Shown here: positions 27,557 to 36,757 of the stretch, one piece after another | Layout of the letters: the number at the start of each line of letters is the position of its first letter | How positions within the stretch are numbered: position 1 is the first letter of the stretch | From: an uncultured Bacilli bacterium | Lineage (GTDB): Bacteria > Bacillota_I > Bacilli_A > RF39 > UBA660 | Direction: 5' to 3' | Length of the DNA: 64,000 nt | Assembly (NCBI GenBank): GCA_944329445.1 | Contig: CALVIH010000003.1 | Coordinates: 5,338 to 69,337 of the forward strand | The notes under the pieces: model-generated | Told to the model about the DNA's origin: nothing | Databases searched by the model: none | Seen by the model: the letters and a program-made list of their open reading frames with translations, nothing else | Translations under genes and position numbers: made by a program

Positions 27557-28451
27557 ATAAATCTTTTGGATATTTACCTTCCTCTATCATTTTATTAATG
27601 GCATCAACCAAATCTTTTTTATCTTCTTTATATGTAACACCATACCATTTTTCGTCGGTGTCTAAAACCTTAACCTTTATCTTCCCTTCGTCGATTCTTT
27701 TAAACACGCTGGTTGGAATTAAGAACTCACACTTATCTAAATCATCTTTATGCTTTTCAAAGAACTCGTTCATTTCATCTTCTAAGTATTCAAAAATTGA
27801 TGGATTAAATCCAAAAAAATTCATTGATACAAGCGTATCTTCTTCAACTTCAAATGAATTATCTTCATCTTCTAATGGAGTTGCGATTATTTTTCCTTCT
27901 TTTTTCTCAATTGAAGATTCAACCAAGTTAGTTAAAAAGTCATTTTCATCCTTAGAGCATACTCCACGTTTAACTGATCCGTTTTCACTCATTGTGTTTT
28001 TAGTTTTATAACCAATCATTGCATAAGTGTTTGCATCCGTGTTTTTATCAAAAAAACATTTCATTTTTGCATATGGATCAAACCCATAAAAGTCATCGGC
28101 ATTAATAACCGTAAATGGTTCATTTACGTATTTTCTAGCGGATAAAATAGCGTGTGATGTTCCCCATGGTTTAACTCTTCCTTCCGGAATGGTAACGCCT
28201 TTTGGTACGTCTTCTATTTTCTGAAATGCATATTCAACCTTTATTTTAGATTCGATTCTTTTTCCTATTGTTTCTCTAAACAAATCATAGTTTTCTTCCT
28301 TTATGATAAAAACTACTTTTTCATATCCTGCTTTAATTGCATCATAAACAGAATAATCCAAGATGAATTCTCCATTCGGTCCAACTGGTTCTACTTGTTT
28401 TAAACCACCGAACCTAGAACCCATTCCGGCAGCCATAATCACTAACGTCAT
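27549..28451 (-). CDS. Sugar-phosphate nucleotidyltransferase family protein
   Basis: N-terminal MAAGMGSRFGGLKQ signature of the NTP-transferase fold. Confidence 0.75.
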   Translation of the reverse strand: MTLVIMAAGMGSRFGGLKQVEPVGPNGEFILDYSVYDAIKAGYEKVVFIIKEENYDLFRETIGKRIESKIKVEYAFQKIEDVPKGVTIPEGRVKPWGTSHAILSARKYVNEPFTVINADDFYGFDPYAKMKCFFDKNTDANTYAMIGYKTKNTMSENGSVKRGVCSKDENDFLTNLVESSIEKKEGKIIATPLEDEDNSFEVEEDTLVSMNFFGFNPSIFEYLEDEMNEFFEKHKDDLDKCEFLIPTSVFKRIDEGKIKVKVLDTDEKWYGVTYKEDKKDLVDAINKMIEEGKYPKDLWN

Positions 28452-28463
28452 ATTAATTTCCTC

Positions 28464-28691
28464 CTATTCAACGTTAAAGTCTTCTTCTTTGTTATTTTCC
28501 GTTAATATTTTATTTACGTTTTCTTCTGCGTTCTTTAACTTATCAGAACACTCTTTAGCAAGTTTCATGGCGGTGGTGTACTTTTCTATTGCATCATCTA
28601 AACTAACATCACCACGCTCTAACTCGCTAACCATTTTCTCAAGTTCGTTTAACTTGTCTTCAAACTTAACATCTTCTTTTTCTTTAGCCAT
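28464..28691 (-). CDS. xseB: Exodeoxyribonuclease VII small subunit
   Basis: 75 aa; FEDKLNELEKMVSELERGDVSLDDAIEKY. Overlaps the end of xseA. Confidence 0.92.
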   Translation of the reverse strand: MAKEKEDVKFEDKLNELEKMVSELERGDVSLDDAIEKYTTAMKLAKECSDKLKNAEENVNKILTENNKEEDFNVE

Positions 28692-29952
28692 TATTTACCT
28701 CCGTTATTTTTGCATTTATATTTCCATCTTTTATCATTATACTAATATTATCATTTATTTTTACATCCTTAATACTTGTTATGCATTTATCATCTTTTTT
28801 AGTCACCGAGTAACCTCTTTTTAAAGCGTTTAAAGGATTTAGTATTTCTAATTTTTCAATTAGATGATTCGTTTTCTTTAGTTTATCTTGGTATAAAACT
28901 TTTGGATCTTTAAATATAATACTATTTTCTATTATTTCTAACTTAGATTTATTAGTATATATAATAGTATTCATTAAAGTATTTAATTTATCTATTATGT
29001 TATCTAATTTTTGTTCTTTTATTTCATATAAACTAAGTGGATTTTTTAATACGTAACTATCAGATAGCTTTTTTAAGCGTAACTTATTATTATCTAAAAT
29101 CATTTTAATGTTATTTGTTAGCCTCGTTTTATAATTATTTATTTCTAAAAGTAAATCGCTTAGTTTTGGTACCGCACGTTCTGCTGCTCCCGTTGGTGTT
29201 TCCGCCCTTACGTCCGCGACGAAATCACATATTGTAAAGTCTATTTGGTGCCCTACTCCGCTTATTATAGGTGTTTTACACGAAAAGACCTTTCTTGCTA
29301 CCACCTCTTCGTTAAACGGCCATAAATCTTCTATCGAACCACCGCCACGACCTAGTATTATTACGTCTAAATCATAATTATCCGCGATGTTCAACTTTTT
29401 TACGATGTCATCTTTGGCAAGTTCGCCCTGCACTAAACATGGGAACAAAATCGTTTTACATATTGGAAACCGTCTTTTAATCGTTGATAATATGTCCTTT
29501 ATGGCTGCCCCCGTTGGTGCCGTAATTATTCCAACGCGCATTGGTATTTTGGGTATTTCTTTTTTGTGTTTAGCATCAAATAATCCTTCGTCACCTAGTT
29601 TCTTCTTTAACTGTTCAAACGCTATATGCAAATTACCAACACCATCTTCTAACATTTCCTCTACGTATATTTGGTAATTGCCAGTTGATTCAAAAACACT
29701 TACTTTACCTTTAACTAGAACTTTCATACCATCCTCTGGCATAAACTTAATTTTTGAGGCATTAAAACTAAACATAATGGCGCTAATTCTTGCGTTTTCA
29801 TCTTTTATGGTGAAGTAGTAATGTCCTCTTGTATGGGCCTTAAAATTAGATATCTCACCTTTTAAATATACTTCTTGTAAATGATGATCATTATCAATTT
29901 TAAACTTAATATATCTAGTAAGTGCGGTTACACTTAAATATTTATCGTTCAT
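28684..29952 (-). CDS. xseA: Exodeoxyribonuclease VII large subunit
   Basis: N-terminal OB fold (VYLKGEISNFKAHTRGHYYFTIKD), catalytic core (RGGGSIEDLWPFNEE, GVGHQIDFT). Confidence 0.93.
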   Translation of the reverse strand: MNDKYLSVTALTRYIKFKIDNDHHLQEVYLKGEISNFKAHTRGHYYFTIKDENARISAIMFSFNASKIKFMPEDGMKVLVKGKVSVFESTGNYQIYVEEMLEDGVGNLHIAFEQLKKKLGDEGLFDAKHKKEIPKIPMRVGIITAPTGAAIKDILSTIKRRFPICKTILFPCLVQGELAKDDIVKKLNIADNYDLDVIILGRGGGSIEDLWPFNEEVVARKVFSCKTPIISGVGHQIDFTICDFVADVRAETPTGAAERAVPKLSDLLLEINNYKTRLTNNIKMILDNNKLRLKKLSDSYVLKNPLSLYEIKEQKLDNIIDKLNTLMNTIIYTNKSKLEIIENSIIFKDPKVLYQDKLKKTNHLIEKLEILNPLNALKRGYSVTKKDDKCITSIKDVKINDNISIMIKDGNINAKITEVNNG

Positions 29953-30030
29953 AATTTCACCTATTTTCTTATATAATCATTGTAACATTTTTATAAGTGG
30001 TTAACAAGGAAAAATTAGTTGCTGTTTTTA

Positions 30031-30282
30031 TTACTTGGTTTTATATTTTTTGTTCCATCCTTTTGAATACGAACATTCATATAATATTTTTATTTTTCTT
30101 TTAGTGAAATAATCATACGTGTATTCTAGCATTTCTCTTGCGATTCCCTTACCTCTGTGTTTCTCTTTTACATATACCTTATCAATACTTATCATGTTAT
30201 TATCCTTTTTAGAAAAAAGTACGTAACCTACTTCTTCGTTATTTATTTTATAGATTACTTTGTCATTTAATATTTCAAACAT
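30031..30282 (-). CDS. Small GNAT-like acetyltransferase (YjdJ type)
   Basis: 83 aa; VYVKEKHRGKGIAREML...CSY. Confidence 0.7.
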   Translation of the reverse strand: MFEILNDKVIYKINNEEVGYVLFSKKDNNMISIDKVYVKEKHRGKGIAREMLEYTYDYFTKRKIKILYECSYSKGWNKKYKTK

Positions 30283-30378
30283 AACTCCTCCATTTAAAAT
30301 AATTATAACTTTAAATTAATGTTATATCAACAATTGATTAAATTAAAATTATGTTTTATTATATTGGTGGTGATATAA

Positions 30379-31155
30379 ATGAACATTAATAATTTAATTG
30401 ATTATTATAATAAATTTAACGAGGATAAAAGAATAACGCACAGACATACCATCGTTGAGTATACTACCGCGATGAAATACATACACGAATATTTATATAA
30501 GATAAATAAACCTAAAATATTGGACGTTGGAGCTGGTACCGGAGCGTACAGTATTAAACTTGCGAATGAAGGTTATGATGTTACCGCAGTAGAACTTATA
30601 AAACATAATTTAATGACGTTAAAAGCCAAAAATAGCCCTGTTAAGGCGTATTTAGGGAATGCAACCGATCTTTCTATGTTTAAAGATAACTCTTTTGATA
30701 TGGTGCTTTTATTTGGGCCTCTTTATCACTTAATTAGTAAAGAAGACAAATTAAAGGCGCTAATGGAAGCTAAAAGAGTTGTTAAAGATGGTGGTTACAT
30801 TCTTGTAAGTTATTACATGAATGAATATGCTATAATTACTCACGGCTTTAAGGATAATAATATCTTAGAAGCTATAAAAAATAATGAGATTGATGAGTCC
30901 TTTCACATAACACCAAAAGAAACTGACCTTTATAGCATGGTAAGATTAGATGATATCAACGAATTAAATAGCTTATCTGATCTTAAAAGAATAAAAATAC
31001 TTGCACAAGATGGACCATCGGATTACATAAGACCAACACTTAATAAAATGGATGAAGAAACATTTAAAACGTACGTAAAATATCACATATCAACCTGTGA
31101 AAGGCCAGAACTTTTAGGAGCATCTAGTCATGTTTTGGACATATTAAGAAAATAA
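30379..31155 (+). CDS. Class I SAM-dependent methyltransferase
   Basis: Motif I ILDVGAGTGAYSIKLA; post-I acidic VTAVEL. Confidence 0.85.
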   Translation: MNINNLIDYYNKFNEDKRITHRHTIVEYTTAMKYIHEYLYKINKPKILDVGAGTGAYSIKLANEGYDVTAVELIKHNLMTLKAKNSPVKAYLGNATDLSMFKDNSFDMVLLFGPLYHLISKEDKLKALMEAKRVVKDGGYILVSYYMNEYAIITHGFKDNNILEAIKNNEIDESFHITPKETDLYSMVRLDDINELNSLSDLKRIKILAQDGPSDYIRPTLNKMDEETFKTYVKYHISTCERPELLGASSHVLDILRK

Positions 31156-31197
31156 GTTTACATATTTTAAATGGTATTGTATAATTTAAATGGTGAA

Positions 31198-31228
31198 AGA
31201 ACCTAACTTTAAGGTTAGTAGCTTTCCA
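31198..31228 (+). repeat. Left arm of a 30-nt imperfect inverted repeat
   Basis: AGAACCTAActttaaGGTtagTAGCTTTCCA; partner at 31394-31423. Confidence 0.75.
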
Positions 31229-31242
31229 TTAAACACTAATGG

Positions 31243-31278
31243 AAAAAGCGTACACCCCACTTGGGTACGCTTTTTCTT
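31243..31278. terminator. Bidirectional rho-independent terminator
   Basis: AGCGTAC/GTACGCT stem flanked by A5 and T5. Confidence 0.65.
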
Positions 31279-31359
31279 TTATATTTTAAATATTAGCAAG
31301 GCTAACAATAAAATCAAAAGGATAATTATTACTCTTTGAAACTTAGTTTCATTTTTCAT
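31279..31359 (-). CDS. 26-aa hydrophobic peptide; absent from the ORF track
   Basis: GGGTGGTGA RBS 5 nt upstream of the ATG. MKNETKFQRVIIILLILLLALLIFKI. The stop codon abuts the bidirectional terminator. Confidence 0.45.
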   Translation of the reverse strand: MKNETKFQRVIIILLILLLALLIFKI

Positions 31360-31393
31360 AAGTATCACCACCCTTCTATTCTTCATAAAAAAG

Positions 31394-31423
31394 TGGAAAG
31401 CTAATACCCAATAATTAGGTTCT
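31394..31423 (-). repeat. Right arm of the 30-nt imperfect inverted repeat
   Basis: Minus-strand reading AGAACCTAAttattgGGTatTAGCTTTCCA. Confidence 0.75.
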
Positions 31424-31472
31424 CTCATATTAATTGTTAGACATTTATCTTATAATTCCCCTTAAAAAAATA

Positions 31473-31507
31473 AAAAGACGCAAGTTTTTCCCTTACGTCT
31501 TTTTAAC
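31473..31507 (-). terminator. Rho-independent terminator
   Basis: AGACGTAAG/CTTGCGTCT stem (one G-U pair) followed by a T-rich tail on the minus strand. Confidence 0.6.
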
Positions 31508-31513
31508 ATGTGC

Positions 31514-32080
31514 TTACATTTGTTTTACCAAACGCGCGTTAGTCTTTTTTTCCGGACTTTTAACAGATATCTCATAATCTTCATCACCAAATACGTGTTC
31601 TTGTAATATTGTTTCCTCATAACCATTAGAAAGTGGTACATCAATATATTTATATTGCTTTAATCTTGGAAGTTTTATATTTCCATCAGTAAAGACTATT
31701 TTATAACTAGTTTGGTTTAGTTTTGATTTTTTTAATAACTCTAAGTCAGTTCTAACTTCTAAGTTATATAACTGAGTTACTAATCTTTGTAACTCATCGT
31801 CCGCTTCTTTCGTAACTTTAATTTTTCCTTTTTTTGAAAATAAATCACATAAGCCATATATTAATGAATGTCCTCCTATATTAATAGCAATAATAATTAA
31901 ATTGTCTTTAACTTCTTCGTTTCTAACTACATCAGCTATACTATAAGCAAGAAATATCAGATTACCTATACTAAGAGCCGGGCTATTTTTTAAAGTATTT
32001 ATGAAATATTCATTTGCTTTAATTCCTTCTTTGGAGTGTTCTATTTCTTTTAAAAGGTCATAATCTGTTTTAATCTTCAT
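31514..32080 (-). CDS. Hypothetical protein
   Basis: ATG at 32080 after AAGGGAG. One central hydrophobic region. Confidence 0.5.
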   Translation of the reverse strand: MKIKTDYDLLKEIEHSKEGIKANEYFINTLKNSPALSIGNLIFLAYSIADVVRNEEVKDNLIIIAINIGGHSLIYGLCDLFSKKGKIKVTKEADDELQRLVTQLYNLEVRTDLELLKKSKLNQTSYKIVFTDGNIKLPRLKQYKYIDVPLSNGYEETILQEHVFGDEDYEISVKSPEKKTNARLVKQM

Positions 32081-32121
32081 GTGTATCAAACTCCCTTAAA
32101 TATGCCTATTATAACATATAT

Positions 32122-32771
32122 TTAAAGATTTAAGAATTTATTTACGCTTTCTTTAATTAGATTTAAGTCATTACTGGTTGCAAGGCACGTTTTCCAACCT
32201 CTTTTTTTAGCACTTTCTATATTTTCTTTAGTATCGTCTATAAGCATGATGTTTTCTGGTTTAGTTTTTAAAGTTTCTTCTACGAATGAATACACTTTAT
32301 CATCTGGCTTTCTTAATCCCATTTCAAAAGAAAGAAACACGTAATCAAAATCAGACAGACCCATGTGTTTATCTATTCTTTCTTTATCAATAAGCATTAT
32401 GTTAGACAAGATACAAATCTTACATTTGTCCTTAACACTTTTAATAAACTTAACAACGTCACTATATGAATGTATTAAATCATGAGTTATTTTATAATCT
32501 TCAATAAATTTATCATAAGAAACATCTATTTTAAAACTTGCTTTTATTCTGTCAATCCAAGCATAAATGTCATTTATAGTCCCTAACTCACCAATTTTTT
32601 ACCATTTTTGTTTAATGAACACTCATTTAGTTTTTTTAGTATCTCGTCATCGGTATAATCTTTAGTGTATAATTTGATTTGATTGATTGATGCTTGAAAA
32701 ACTGAGTAAACGTCATTATGACTTTCTACTACCCCACCCCAATCACATATAACGTATTTTATATCTTTCAT
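32122..32771 (-). pseudogene. HAD-superfamily hydrolase interrupted by a single frameshift in an A6 run
   Basis: The N-terminal fragment carries motif I (DWGGV). The extended frame of the C-terminal fragment carries motif II (CILSN), RKPD and LIDD. Inserting one A in the run at 32595-32600 fuses the two frames. Confidence 0.75.
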
Positions 32772-32780
32772 AACTCCTCC

Positions 32781-32805
32781 AAATAAAAAGCGCCATAAAG
32801 GTGCT
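32781..32805 (-). terminator. Candidate terminator after nusB
   Basis: AGCACC/GGCGCT stem followed by TTTTTATTT on the minus strand. Confidence 0.5.
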
Positions 32806-32806
32806 A

Positions 32807-33205
32807 TTAATCAATTTTTTCATGATAAACTTTATCTAAAACGCCATTTATCATGTTTTTTACTTTATCATCTGAGTATTTTTTTGCGAGTTCAACCGCT
32901 TCGTTTATCGCTACTACATCTGGTGTATCGGTGTATAAAAGTTCATATAAGCCAATACATAAGATTGCTTGATCAGTAAGACCTAATCTTCCCATTTTCC
33001 AATCTTTTAGGTTTTTATTAGCTAGTTCATATAATTCTTCTTTTTTACTTAACACACCATTTACCGTATCTTTAACAAATTCGTTATCGATGCTTAAATT
33101 CTCGTTAATAACGTCAGTTACATCATAATCGATGTTATCCCTTTGATACAAGAATATCTGGTATAAAATGGTCATTATTACTTTTCTAGCTTCATTTCTA
33201 TTCAT
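32807..33205 (-). CDS. nusB: Transcription antitermination factor NusB
   Basis: 132 aa; NRNEARKVIMTILYQ, AINEAVELAKKYSDDKVKNMINGVLDK. Confidence 0.92.
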   Translation of the reverse strand: MNRNEARKVIMTILYQIFLYQRDNIDYDVTDVINENLSIDNEFVKDTVNGVLSKKEELYELANKNLKDWKMGRLGLTDQAILCIGLYELLYTDTPDVVAINEAVELAKKYSDDKVKNMINGVLDKVYHEKID

Positions 33206-33222
33206 AACTTCACCACCATTAT

Positions 33223-34086
33223 TTATAACTTACTATCAAATTTTTTCATGCATTTTTGTCTTAGTTCGTCCGTTGTAATTAAGGCACAAAAAGCAAAGTA
33301 GTTTTGGTCCATCTTAGTAAACATATCATTTACTATTATTTGGTATTTATCCAAAAGGGTCTTTTCGCTAGGATTAGTTTGATTCATCGCCCTTCTTTGA
33401 ATGTACATAATACATAACTTATCAAGCACGTCTAATAGTAATTTTGAATTATCATCAAACGAAAGTTTATTAATAACATTTTCATAACCTTCAAAGTACA
33501 TGTCATGCAAAACTCTGTTTTCATTGATCCCTTTACAAATAAACAATTGCTTTAGAAGGGAAATAACTAAATTATAGTTGGTGTATCCCGCACGTATTTG
33601 AATTTGTTCATTGCCAATCATTTCGTTATCAGTTCTTGGCATTATTATTCTAGAACCATTGGTATCCATGTTATAGATTTTTTCAGCTGCCATGTTAGTA
33701 AGTGCGTTAGATAAACCGATGTGTGAGTCATTTGCACCAAATACTACCTCAGTAACCGCTTTATAATAGTTTATTTCATAAAACATTGGGTTTTCGTCCT
33801 TTAATGCTCCGTTAATGTATAAAACACCATTGTTTATAACGTAGTAATCCATTTTGTTTGTGTTGGTGTAATTTAAAACGATTATTTTAATCTTCTGTGC
33901 GAACTTATTAACCATTGGAACTAAGTCTTTAGGTTCCATGTAACCCAAGTTTAAACACGCGATAAAGTATTTTCTTAATAAGTTAAACTCATCTTCCTCA
34001 TACCTTGCACCATTCGTGGTCATGGCGTGTTCTACGATTGCTTTAATCGGAATTTTAATATCCTTAGATTGTTGTTCTTCGTTCAT
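33223..34086 (-). CDS. Hypothetical protein occupying the position usually taken by mutL
   Basis: ATG at 34086 after AGGTGA, immediately downstream of mutS. No GHKL or other known motif. Confidence 0.55.
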   Translation of the reverse strand: MNEEQQSKDIKIPIKAIVEHAMTTNGARYEEDEFNLLRKYFIACLNLGYMEPKDLVPMVNKFAQKIKIIVLNYTNTNKMDYYVINNGVLYINGALKDENPMFYEINYYKAVTEVVFGANDSHIGLSNALTNMAAEKIYNMDTNGSRIIMPRTDNEMIGNEQIQIRAGYTNYNLVISLLKQLFICKGINENRVLHDMYFEGYENVINKLSFDDNSKLLLDVLDKLCIMYIQRRAMNQTNPSEKTLLDKYQIIVNDMFTKMDQNYFAFCALITTDELRQKCMKKFDSKL

Positions 34087-34095
34087 CTTAATCAC

Positions 34096-36651
34096 CTAAT
34101 CCTTTTTATCCATTTCTTTTTTTAAATCATATAAAATGTTTAAAGCTTCCATTGGTGATGTTTCAAGCGGGTTAACATCATCAAGCTTCTTTTTTATTAT
34201 ATCATATTTATCGTTAGTTTCTATCGTTTCTTCTAAATTCATGCTAATTTGACTTATTACCTCGTGAGTTTCCGCATTATTTTCATACGTTTTTAATATT
34301 TCGTCCGCCCTTTTTATTAATGATTCTGGCAAGGAAGCTAACCTAGCAACGTGAATTCCGTAACTCTTGTCAACACTACCATCTTTTACCTTATGTAAAA
34401 ACGTTATGTTACCATTTTCTTCATAAGCTGATACGTGTACGTTTTTTATGTGCTTTTTTGTTTCCTCTAACTTGGTTAGCTCATGATAATGCGTAGAAAA
34501 TAAGGTAATTGCTTTTATGTTATCATGGATGTATTCAATTATTGCTTGTGCTAGTGATATTCCGTCGTAAGTAGCGGTTCCACGACCTAACTCATCGAAC
34601 AGGATTAAGCTTTTTTCGGTTGCCCCTTCAATTGCCCTGTTCGCTTCCTTCATTTCAACCATGAAGGTAGATTCTCCAGAAACTAAATCATCGGAAGCAC
34701 CTATACGGGTAAATATTTTATCAAAAACCGGTAAAACGGCTTCTTTTGCGGGTACAAAGCAACCGATTTGAGCCATTATAACAATCATTGCCATTTGTCT
34801 CATGTACGTTGATTTACCTGCCATGTTTGGCCCAGTAATAAGTTTTAAGTAAATACCATCATCAAAAACAATGTCATTTGATACGAATTCACCATCTAAA
34901 ACTTTTTCAACAACCGGGTGTCTTCCATCTATTATTCTTACTTCTTTTTTATCGGTAAGGATTGGTCTTACGTAATTATTATTTTCTGTTACGGTTGCAA
35001 ACGACTGCATTACGTCTAGTTTTGCTATCATTTTAGCCGTTAACTGAATAGAAGGAATAACTTCTTTTACTTTGTTTCTAACGTCCGTAAAAAGAGCATA
35101 TTCTAAGTTAATTATTTTCTCTTCGGCACCCAGAATCATTGCTTCTTTTTCTTTTAATTCAGGAGTTATAAACCTTTCGTTGTTTGCAAGAGTTTGCTTT
35201 CTTTCCCAACCAAACTCTTCCTTAACTTGTTTACTATTTCCCTTTGACACTTCTATATAATAACCAAAAACACGGTTATATCCAACCCTTAGATTTTTTA
35301 TACCAGTTCTTTCTTTTTCAACGTTTTCTAGTTTAGCGATGAAGTCTTTACCACCACGTCTTGCCTCTTTTAACTCGTCAAGCTCACTATTATATCCATC
35401 TTTTATTAAGTATCCTTCCTTTAATCCAATCGGAGGATTTTCATATATACTTTTATCTAGCAATTCTTCTAGATCAGTTAAATCATCAATTGATAATTTA
35501 AAGTCTAATTCACTTACGATTTCCTTTAATCTTGGCAAAACTTTAAGCGAGTTTTTAAGTTGTAATAAATCCCTGGCATTAGCGTTACCAAATGATATTC
35601 TACCCGCTAACCTTTCAAGATCATATACTTCATCAAGTAATTCTTTTATTTCATCCTTGATTAAAAATTGTTCCAAAAGCTTAGATACCATATCGTATCT
35701 TTCAGTTATTTCTTCCTTATCTATTAGTGGGTTTTCAATCATCGTTTTTAACATTCTTGATCCCATTGCGGTTTTGGTCTTATCAAGTAACCATAAAAGT
35801 GAGTACGTTCTTTCTTTTAACCTTAAGCTTTCTGTTAACTCCAGGTTTCTTTTGGTATGAATATCCATCTTAAGATAGGTTTTATAATCTTTTTGTACGA
35901 CGTTTTGGAGGTGATCTAGACTCCGCTTTTGACTATTATTTAGATAGTTAAGTAAAACGGTAACTGAAGATATTACCCTAACGTCTTTTATTTCCTCGTA
36001 AAGATGCTTGTATTCATTAATTTCTTTGTCTTCCTTTTCGTATGAAATACTTATGTTATATCTATTTTTTAAAGTATCCGTTATCCTTGGGTCAACGCTA
36101 CCGTTTATTACCAATTCACTTATGTTATCATTAACTACTTCCGTAATTAATTTATCAAGTTCGTATTCTACTAAAACAGCGTTAAATTCACCGGTCGATA
36201 AATCAGCGTAAGCTAAAGAAAAACAATGTCCTAAATCCTTTAGGGCTCCTATAAAGTTATTACTTTTTGCATCTAACATCTCATCAGACATTATGGTACC
36301 TTTAGATACGATTCTAATAACCTCTCTTTTTACTATTCCCTTAGCTTCTTTTGGATCTTCTACTTGCTCACAAATGGCCACCTTATATCCTTTTTCAATT
36401 AATTTATCCAAATACATGTTAGCAGCATGATGAGGAACTCCACACATTGGCACCTTTTCATCTAATCCTGCATTTTTCCCCGTTAACGTAAGCTCTAATT
36501 CACGTGATACTTTTATTGCGTCATCAAAAAACATTTCATAAAAGTCACCTAATCTATAAAATAAAATAACGTCTTCGTAGTTGTCTTTTGTTTCTAAGTA
36601 CTGCCTCATCATTGGGCTTACTTTTTTTCTATCTACTTCATTTCTATTCAA
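34096..36651 (-). CDS. mutS: DNA mismatch repair protein MutS
   Basis: N-terminal mismatch-binding domain (SPMMRQYL...GDFYEMF), Walker A GPNMAGKST, STFMVEM, DELGRGT. Confidence 0.97.
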   Translation of the reverse strand: MNRNEVDRKKVSPMMRQYLETKDNYEDVILFYRLGDFYEMFFDDAIKVSRELELTLTGKNAGLDEKVPMCGVPHHAANMYLDKLIEKGYKVAICEQVEDPKEAKGIVKREVIRIVSKGTIMSDEMLDAKSNNFIGALKDLGHCFSLAYADLSTGEFNAVLVEYELDKLITEVVNDNISELVINGSVDPRITDTLKNRYNISISYEKEDKEINEYKHLYEEIKDVRVISSVTVLLNYLNNSQKRSLDHLQNVVQKDYKTYLKMDIHTKRNLELTESLRLKERTYSLLWLLDKTKTAMGSRMLKTMIENPLIDKEEITERYDMVSKLLEQFLIKDEIKELLDEVYDLERLAGRISFGNANARDLLQLKNSLKVLPRLKEIVSELDFKLSIDDLTDLEELLDKSIYENPPIGLKEGYLIKDGYNSELDELKEARRGGKDFIAKLENVEKERTGIKNLRVGYNRVFGYYIEVSKGNSKQVKEEFGWERKQTLANNERFITPELKEKEAMILGAEEKIINLEYALFTDVRNKVKEVIPSIQLTAKMIAKLDVMQSFATVTENNNYVRPILTDKKEVRIIDGRHPVVEKVLDGEFVSNDIVFDDGIYLKLITGPNMAGKSTYMRQMAMIVIMAQIGCFVPAKEAVLPVFDKIFTRIGASDDLVSGESTFMVEMKEANRAIEGATEKSLILFDELGRGTATYDGISLAQAIIEYIHDNIKAITLFSTHYHELTKLEETKKHIKNVHVSAYEENGNITFLHKVKDGSVDKSYGIHVARLASLPESLIKRADEILKTYENNAETHEVISQISMNLEETIETNDKYDIIKKKLDDVNPLETSPMEALNILYDLKKEMDKKD

Positions 36652-36757
36652 CTTAAATCACCTACCTATAATTATATAATAAAACAAGAGAAAAAGCCAG
36701 TTGCCATTTTTAATAAAAGACCATAAAAAATCATATTCTTAAAACGGGAGACTAATT

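Noticed and set aside
31194-31337. 47-aa plus-strand ORF (MVKEPNFKVSS...) running through the bidirectional terminator.
   Set aside because: It has no RBS, traverses a strong terminator hairpin, and overlaps the better-supported minus-strand peptide ORF.
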